Source: an uncultured Enterobacteriaceae bacterium
GTDB taxonomy: Bacteria; Pseudomonadota; Gammaproteobacteria; Burkholderiales; SG8-39
Direction of reading: 5' to 3'
DNA: 64,000 nt
NCBI GenBank assembly: GCA_964576525.1
Contig: CAZNVH010000087.1
Location: 8,914-72,913 of the forward strand
Shown here: positions 58,386-64,000 of the stretch, one piece after another
Numbering within the stretch: the stretch's first letter is position 1
How the letters are laid out: every line of letters begins with the position of its first letter
Program-made: the position numbers and the translations under genes
Notes under the pieces: generated by a model
The model's database searches: none
The model's input: only the letters and a program-made list of their open reading frames with translations
Told to the model about the DNA's origin: nothing

Positions 58386-59629
58386 CGGACACCTTTCAGC
58401 CGGCGACGGAAGTACACGACTACCGTGGCTACCAACGCCGCTGCTCGCGAACGACCGCGTGCGCCGTGCAGCCCCGCGCCGGCGAAGGCGATCGCCGCCG
58501 ACGGCGTGAAGCGCCCGGTGCGCGCGAGCAGGCCGAGCTCGTCGAGCAACAGGCGCAGCCGTCCCGTGAAGAGGAAGACCACGAGGTACTTGAAACGCCA
58601 CGCACCGAACGCCGAGAGGAACGGGCGGTCGAGGTAGAGCGGCAGGCGCCGCGCGGCGCGTTTCCTCGCCGCCCGCAGCCGCAGGGTCTCCGCCATCGAG
58701 GTCCAGAACTTCGCCTCGTCGTACTGCGCCAGCGCCCGCTGGTAGGCGCGCGCGGCCATCGCTTCGCGCTCTGTTTCCCGTGCAAGATAGTGACGCGCCT
58801 TCGCGACCAGGTCGCGCTCGTCGCGAAACACGTCGATCTCGTGCCCTACCTCGAACAGCATCTCGATCCCGGGGGCGTGCTCCGAGAGCACGAACGACCC
58901 GCACAGGGCGATCTTCGAGCAGCGCCCCTTGACTTGCCGCACCCGCCGGTGGATCGACAGGTGACGGTCAAGCGGCGTGGCGACGTTGCCGGCGGTAAAG
59001 TTGAGGTTGATGCGCGAGCGCCGGTAGATGTCGATGACTTCGGCCTGCCCGACGATGCCGGCCGGCGTCCCGGCGCCGAACAGCGAAACGGCGATACCCG
59101 CGCTCTCGAGCGCGCGCGCGTAGCCTTCGCGGCCGACCTTGCCGCGCATGGCGCCGATGAACGAAACGTCGATGTCCTTGCGCGGCTGCGGAGCCGGATG
59201 GAACAGCGCCGGGCTGAATACGTTCGGCAGGAACAGAGCGTCGATCCCGTAGAGGCGGTAGCGCTCGCACAGCGGGTTGTTGGTGAGCACCAGGTCGAAG
59301 CACTGGGCGTAGTAACGATGCGAGACGTCGAAGTAGTACTCGTCGTCGCCCAGGATGAGGACGCGGTACAGGTGCGCCAGGTCATCGTGGAGGAAGGCGG
59401 GGCGGAAATCGAATTCGATGCCGAGCCCGTAGATCAGCATCTCGACCTGTCTTTCGCGCACCAGCACGAGCAGTGCCTGCTCCAGGCCTTTCATTCCCCG
59501 TTCGCGGTACACCGCCTCGGGATCCAGCCGGTGCACCACGCGGCCGCCGTAGGCTTCGACGCAGCGCGCGTAGTCGAGATCGTTGAAGCGCGCCTCGGGC
59601 GTCTCCGGTCCGAGCAATAGGACGCTCAT
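58382..59629 (-). CDS. CgeB-like glycosyltransferase, paralog B
   Basis: MSVLLLGPE...YRERGMKGLE...GDDEYYFD...CFDLVLTNNPL...DIDVSFIG...YRRSRINLNFTAGN...VKGRCSKIALCGSFVLSEHAPGIEMLFEVGHEIDVFRDERDLV...; conserved C-terminal tail FGAWRFKYLVVFLFTGRLRLL. Confidence 0.65.
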   Translation of the reverse strand: MSVLLLGPETPEARFNDLDYARCVEAYGGRVVHRLDPEAVYRERGMKGLEQALLVLVRERQVEMLIYGLGIEFDFRPAFLHDDLAHLYRVLILGDDEYYFDVSHRYYAQCFDLVLTNNPLCERYRLYGIDALFLPNVFSPALFHPAPQPRKDIDVSFIGAMRGKVGREGYARALESAGIAVSLFGAGTPAGIVGQAEVIDIYRRSRINLNFTAGNVATPLDRHLSIHRRVRQVKGRCSKIALCGSFVLSEHAPGIEMLFEVGHEIDVFRDERDLVAKARHYLARETEREAMAARAYQRALAQYDEAKFWTSMAETLRLRAARKRAARRLPLYLDRPFLSAFGAWRFKYLVVFLFTGRLRLLLDELGLLARTGRFTPSAAIAFAGAGLHGARGRSRAAALVATVVVYFRRRLKGVR

Positions 59630-60867
59630 CGCCGTCCCTTGAGCAATAGGCGCACCGCCCGCGCGACCATCGCGACGGCGGCGGCGCTCCGTGAATGCTG
59701 CCGCGCGATGTGCAGCCCTGCGGCGGCGAGCCAAGCCGCGGCGCGCGGGTTGAAGCGCCCGGCGCGCAGGAGGAGCAGCAGCTCCTCGAAGAACAGACGC
59801 AGCCGCCCTGCGAAGAAGAAGATCACCAGGTACTTGAAGCGCCAAGCGCCGAAGCCGGACCAAAACGGCGCATCGATCAGGAGCGGCAGCGCGCCCGTCC
59901 TGCCGGCCTTGTCGCGGGCACGGCCTTCGATCGCCGCCGCCATCCGTTCCCAGTACCTGGACTCCTCGTAGTACTGGAGCGCGCGTGCGTGCGCCCGCGC
60001 GGCCATCTCCTCGCGCCGCGCTTCATTGGCGAGATAGAAGCGCGCCTTGGCTACGAGCTCCTCCTCGTCCTCGAAGACATCGATCTCCTCGCCCGGCTGG
60101 AACAGCTTCTCGATCCCGGGCGCGTATTCCGACAGCACGAAGGACCCGCACAGCGCGATCTTGGTGCAGCGACCCTTGACCTGGCGGATGCGCCGCACGA
60201 TGGTCTGCTCGGAGTCGAGCGGATAGCTGCCGACCCCGGTGAAGTTGAGGTTGATGCGCGAGCGCCTATAGGTCTGCACCACCGCCTGGGTATCGAGAGG
60301 GCCGGCGGTGCTGCCCGGCCCGTGGAGCGCGACGCCGATGCCGGCGCCCTCCAGTGCCCGTACGGCGCCGTCGCGCCCGCTCTTGTTCAGCGCCGTGCCG
60401 ATGAAGGAGGCGTCGATGTCCTTCGCGACCGCGCGGTCCGGAAAGAAGCGCTCCTTGCTGAACACGCTGGGAAACATGTCGGCGTCGATGCCGTACTGGC
60501 GATAACGCTCGTGCAAGGGATTGTGGGTCAGCACCAGATCGAAGCACTGGCCGTAGTACCGGTCGGCCATGTCAAAGCCGTATTCGTCGTCGCCGGTCAT
60601 GAACACGCGATAGACATGCGCCAAGCTCTGGTGCAGGAACTGCGGCCGGAAATCGTAGCCGCCGGTCCAGTTGAGCAGCACGTCGATGGACTGCTCTTCG
60701 ACGACGCGCAGCACCTCGGATTCCAGCCCCGACATGCCGCGCTCGCGATACAGCGCGTCCGGGTCGAGTTCGTGCACGTTGCCCCAGATGCGCTGCAGCG
60801 GGCCGACGAGGTCGAGATCGGTGAACGCGAAGCCGGCCTTGTTCGGAATCATGACCAGCGCGTTCAT
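59626..60867 (-). CDS. CgeB-like glycosyltransferase, paralog C
   Basis: MNALVMIPN...YRERGMSGLE...GDDEYGFD...CFDLVLTHNPL...YRRSRINLNFTGVG...VKGRCTKIALCGSFVLSEYAPGIEKLF...; tail FGAWRFKYLVIFFFAGRLRLF. ATGA overlaps at both ends. Confidence 0.65.
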   Translation of the reverse strand: MNALVMIPNKAGFAFTDLDLVGPLQRIWGNVHELDPDALYRERGMSGLESEVLRVVEEQSIDVLLNWTGGYDFRPQFLHQSLAHVYRVFMTGDDEYGFDMADRYYGQCFDLVLTHNPLHERYRQYGIDADMFPSVFSKERFFPDRAVAKDIDASFIGTALNKSGRDGAVRALEGAGIGVALHGPGSTAGPLDTQAVVQTYRRSRINLNFTGVGSYPLDSEQTIVRRIRQVKGRCTKIALCGSFVLSEYAPGIEKLFQPGEEIDVFEDEEELVAKARFYLANEARREEMAARAHARALQYYEESRYWERMAAAIEGRARDKAGRTGALPLLIDAPFWSGFGAWRFKYLVIFFFAGRLRLFFEELLLLLRAGRFNPRAAAWLAAAGLHIARQHSRSAAAVAMVARAVRLLLKGRR

Positions 60868-62114
60868 GCGCGCCCTCCGAACATCCGGCGCAGCATCCGC
60901 GCGCTGGCCGCGACCCAGGCGGCGGGAAGCGAGCGCTGACGCGCGATGTGCAAGCCGGTGGCAGCGAACCAGGCCGCGGCCCGCAAGTTGCACGCGCCGG
61001 CGCGCGCGAGAAGGAGCAGCTCGCCCAGGAAGAGCAGCAGCCTGCCGGTGAAGAGGAAAATCATCAGGTACCTGAAGCGGCACGCGCCGTAGGAGGCCCA
61101 GAACGGCCGGTCGAGAATCAGCGGTAGGCGCGCCGGCGTGCGCTGGCGCGCGAGGGCGCGCCGTTCCAGCCGCGCGCTGACCCCCTTCCAGTACTTCGCT
61201 TCATCGTACTGCTCGACCGACCGCGCATGCGCGCGCGCGGCCATCGCCTCGCGTTCCTCGGCATTCGCCAGGTAGTGGCGCGCTTTCTCGACGAGCTCGT
61301 CGGCATCGCGGAACACGTCGATCTCACGCCCGGGTTCGAACAGCCGCTCGATCCCGGGCGCGTACTCCGACAGCACGAACGAGCCGCACAGCGCGATTTT
61401 CGAGCAGCGTCCCTTCACTTGTCGCACGCGGTCCATGATCGCGTCCTGCGGGGCAAGCGGCGAGCGAGCCGCGCCGGTGAAGTTTAGATTGATCCGCGAC
61501 TGGCGGTAGACGGCGACCGCGCCGTCGGCCGAGATCGGCCCGTTGGCCGTGCCGTAACCGTGGACGGCCACCTTGATGCCGGCGCGCTCCAGGGCGGCGA
61601 TGCCAGCCTCGCGCCCGGCCTTGCCCTTCACCGCGCCGATGAACGAGACGTCGTGGCGCTTGTCCCGGTTCTGCTCCGACGGATGGAAGACAGTGGACGG
61701 GTAGACGCTGGGGTAGTACTCGGCATCGATGAGATACTGGTGGTAGCGCTCGACCAGCGGGTTCGCCGACAGGACCAAGTCGTAGGCCTGGCCATTGTAC
61801 CGGTCGAAACGTTCGAAGTGCCCCTCGTCGTCGCCGACGATGTAGACACGGTAGCAGTCCTCCAGGCCGTAGACGAAGCGCGGGTCGAGCTCCATCCACA
61901 TGCCGAAGGCGCAGCAGACGAACACCTCGGCGCGGGTCTCGCGCACCGCCGCCGTGATCGCGGCCTCCAGGCCCGAGCTGCCCGCGCGCTCGTAGATCGC
62001 GCAGGGGTCGAGCATTTCCACCCGGTGGCCGCCGTAGGCGGCGAGGGCGCGCGAGATGCTCTGGTCGAGCAGGCGCGTGTCCTCGTTCTGGGCTTCCAGG
62101 ACGACGAAATTCAT
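60864..62114 (-). CDS. CgeB-like glycosyltransferase, paralog D
   Basis: MNFVVLEAQ...GDDEGHFE...AYDLVLSANPL...YRQSRINLNFTGAA...VKGRCSKIALCGSFVLSEYAPGIERLF...; tail YGACRFRYLMIFLFTGRLLLF. Confidence 0.65.
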   Translation of the reverse strand: MNFVVLEAQNEDTRLLDQSISRALAAYGGHRVEMLDPCAIYERAGSSGLEAAITAAVRETRAEVFVCCAFGMWMELDPRFVYGLEDCYRVYIVGDDEGHFERFDRYNGQAYDLVLSANPLVERYHQYLIDAEYYPSVYPSTVFHPSEQNRDKRHDVSFIGAVKGKAGREAGIAALERAGIKVAVHGYGTANGPISADGAVAVYRQSRINLNFTGAARSPLAPQDAIMDRVRQVKGRCSKIALCGSFVLSEYAPGIERLFEPGREIDVFRDADELVEKARHYLANAEEREAMAARAHARSVEQYDEAKYWKGVSARLERRALARQRTPARLPLILDRPFWASYGACRFRYLMIFLFTGRLLLFLGELLLLARAGACNLRAAAWFAATGLHIARQRSLPAAWVAASARMLRRMFGGRA

Positions 62115-62118
62115 GGCG

Positions 62119-63396
62119 CTACAGCCGCCAGACGGCGAAACCGGCTCCGGCGAGCTCGCGCGCGTCGAGCCGTGACTTGACGTCGACGAACACCGCGCCG
62201 CGCGCCGCCTTCTGCGCAAAATCTTTGATCGATCGATCAAGCAGCTGCCGGTGCGGCACGGCGAGCACCAGAAGCTGCGCGACAGGCAGGCTCTCCCACG
62301 CTTCCAGCTTGATGCCGTACTCGTGCTCGGCTTCCTGCGGATCGGCGACCGGGTCGTGCACGTGCACTTCGAGGCCGTGGTTGCGCAGCTCGGCGACCAG
62401 GTCGGCGACTTTCGAGTTGCGCAGGTCGGCCACGTTCTCTTTGAACGTCAAGCCGAGCACGTTGGCTCTCGAGCCGCGCACCGCGAAGCCGGCACGCGCC
62501 AGCTCCTTCACCGCCATCTCGGCGACGTAGCCCGCCATGCTGTCGTTGATGCGCCGGCCGGCGAGGATGATCTCGGGGTGGTAGCCGAGCTTTTCCGCCT
62601 TGTGCGTGAGGTAGTACGGATCGACGCCGATGCAGTGACCGCCGACGAGACCGGGGTGGAAGGGAACGAAATTCCACTTCGTGGCGGCGGCGCGCAGCAC
62701 CTCGGCGGTATCGATGCCAATGCGGTGGAAGATGATCGCCAGCTCGTTCATCAGTGCGATGTTGAGGTCGCGCTGCGTATTCTCTATCACCTTCGCCGCC
62801 TCGGCGACGCGGATCGAGGGCGCGCGGTGCACGCCGGCCTTCACCACCGAGCCATAGAGCGCCGCCACCTTGTCGAGCGTTTCGGCATCGTCGCCGGAGA
62901 CGACCTTGGTGATCTTCGAAAGAGAATGCTCCTTGTCCCCGGGATTGATGCGCTCGGGCGAGTAGCCGACGTGGAAGCCCTCGCGCCAGCGCAGTCCCGA
63001 GGCGCGCTCGAGCACCGGCACGCAGTCTTCCTCGGTGCAGCCGGGGTAGACCGTGGATTCGATCACTACGATGGCGCCGCGCTTCAGGTTCTTGCCGGCG
63101 ACCTCGCAGGCCGAGAGGAGCAGCCTTAGGTCGGGCCGGTGCGCCTCGTCGACCGGCGTCGGCACCGCGATGATGAGAACGTCGGCTTCTCTCAGCGCGG
63201 CTGGATCGCTCGTCAATTGCAGCTGTCGCGCGCCGGCGAGCTCCTGCGTCGAGACTTCGCCGGTGGCGTCGCGGCCGGATTTCAGGCGCGCGATCTTGTG
63301 CTCGTCGCGGTCGTAGCCGAGCGTCGGGCCGGCGGCGCCGAACGCCGCTGCGAGCGGCAGGCCGACGTAGCCGAGGCCGATGACGCCGACTCTCAT
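62119..63396 (-). CDS. Nucleotide-sugar 6-dehydrogenase (UDP-glucose/GDP-mannose dehydrogenase family; TviB/WbpO-like)
   Basis: MRVGVIGLGYVGLPLAAAF..., catalytic Cys region GLVGGHCIGVDPYYL. ATGA overlap with the upstream epimerase gene. Confidence 0.85.
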   Translation of the reverse strand: MRVGVIGLGYVGLPLAAAFGAAGPTLGYDRDEHKIARLKSGRDATGEVSTQELAGARQLQLTSDPAALREADVLIIAVPTPVDEAHRPDLRLLLSACEVAGKNLKRGAIVVIESTVYPGCTEEDCVPVLERASGLRWREGFHVGYSPERINPGDKEHSLSKITKVVSGDDAETLDKVAALYGSVVKAGVHRAPSIRVAEAAKVIENTQRDLNIALMNELAIIFHRIGIDTAEVLRAAATKWNFVPFHPGLVGGHCIGVDPYYLTHKAEKLGYHPEIILAGRRINDSMAGYVAEMAVKELARAGFAVRGSRANVLGLTFKENVADLRNSKVADLVAELRNHGLEVHVHDPVADPQEAEHEYGIKLEAWESLPVAQLLVLAVPHRQLLDRSIKDFAQKAARGAVFVDVKSRLDARELAGAGFAVWRL

Positions 63397-64000
63397 CGGT
63401 GGTAGTCCCGGTACCAGTCGACGAAGCGGCGCACGCCGACCTCGATCGGCGTCGAGGGCTTGAAGCCGGTCGCCGCGGCGAGTTCGGCCGTGTCGGCATA
63501 GGTGGCCGGGACATCGCCCGGCTGCAACGGCTGCAGGTCGAGGCGCGCCTTCTTCCCCAGGCAGTCCTCGAGGATGCGGATGTAGCGCATCAACTCGACC
63601 GGCTGATGGTTGCCGATGTTGTAGATGCGCCAGGGCGCGCTCGAGCTGGCACTGTCCGGCTGCTCGGCGTTCCACCGCGCATCGGGCGCCGCCGGGCGCT
63701 CGACGACGCGCGCCACACCCTCCACGATGTCGTCGATATACGTGAAGTCGCGGACCATGCGCCCCTCATTGAACACCGGCAGCGCCTCGCCGGCGAGGAT
63801 GCCGCGGGTGAACTTGAACAGCGCCATGTCTGGCCGTCCCCAGGGGCCGTACACGGTGAAAAAGCGCAAGCCCGTGCAGGGCATCCGGTAGAGATGCGCG
63901 TAGCAGTGCGCCATCAGCTCGTTCGCCTTCTTGGTCGCGGCGTAGAGCGACACCGGATGGTCGACGTTGTCGTGCTCGGAGAACGGCAGCCGCTGGTTGG
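63393..64000 (-). CDS. NAD-dependent nucleotide-sugar (UDP-glucuronate-type) 4-epimerase. C-terminal part only; the 5' end is beyond the window.
   Basis: The frame is open to the window edge: ...NQRLPFSEHDNVDHPVSLYAATKKANELMAHCYAHLYRMPCTGLRFFTVYGPWGRPDMA... (YxxxK), ending ...RFVDWYRDYHR. Confidence 0.8.
   Translation of the reverse strand, partial: NQRLPFSEHDNVDHPVSLYAATKKANELMAHCYAHLYRMPCTGLRFFTVYGPWGRPDMALFKFTRGILAGEALPVFNEGRMVRDFTYIDDIVEGVARVVERPAAPDARWNAEQPDSASSSAPWRIYNIGNHQPVELMRYIRILEDCLGKKARLDLQPLQPGDVPATYADTAELAAATGFKPSTPIEVGVRRFVDWYRDYHR

Overview
High-GC chromosomal window (individual 60-nt lines hand-count at about 60-77% G+C). Gene content looks like a Betaproteobacterium, but that is an inference. 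No rRNA, tRNA, CRISPR array, transposase or integrase was recognised. The ORF track contains many long antisense or N-terminally over-extended ORFs typical of GC-rich DNA. I called genes only where the translation shows recognisable family motifs, and trimmed starts to ATG/GTG/TTG codons that fit homolog N-termini and the frequent 4-nt NTGA start/stop overlaps.

Layout:
- 1-4944: HAAT-type ABC uptake genes (permeases, a binding protein interrupted by an in-frame TAG, an ATPase) plus a PaaK-like CoA ligase.
- 4941-6372: a DsbA-fold isomerase-like gene and a crotonase whose start codons overlap.
- 6334-16545 (minus strand): a 12-gene LiuR-type leucine/isovalerate operon: liuR, liuA, thiolase, thioesterase, second acyl-CoA dehydrogenase, DsbA-fold gene, liuB, liuC, liuD, liuE, DUF1289.
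- 16571-27443: MBL hydrolase, phaC, SDR, dsbA, SPOR gene, argS, priA, hemE, EVE gene, a probable 6S RNA, zapA and a ZapB-like gene.
- 27488-30599: divergent btuF-like and btuB-like genes with a cobalamin riboswitch.
- 30612-36307: LPS core genes (waaQ-like, waaG-like, msbA, a GT4) interrupted by an AbrB-type/Doc toxin-antitoxin pair.
- 36318-39563: rfbBACD.
- 39579-64000: a roughly 24-kb glycan island that continues past the window edge.

The most novel-looking content is in the glycan island:
- A colitose-like GDP-sugar skeleton (Gmd-like, ColD-like 3-dehydratase with His in place of the Schiff-base Lys, Fcl/ColC-like, Nudix).
- That skeleton is fused in one operon with an orphan ThDP E1 alpha/beta pair, a 688-aa cobalamin radical-SAM enzyme and an aldo-keto reductase.
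- A divergent HddA/HddC-like kinase/nucleotidyltransferase module sits next to it.
- A minus-strand operon carries four tandem paralogous CgeB-like (Glyco_trans_1_2) glycosyltransferases, a fused ABC exporter, a zinc-ribbon methyltransferase, an AsnB-type amidotransferase and uronic-acid-forming enzymes.

All functions are inferred from motifs read by eye. No database search was run.
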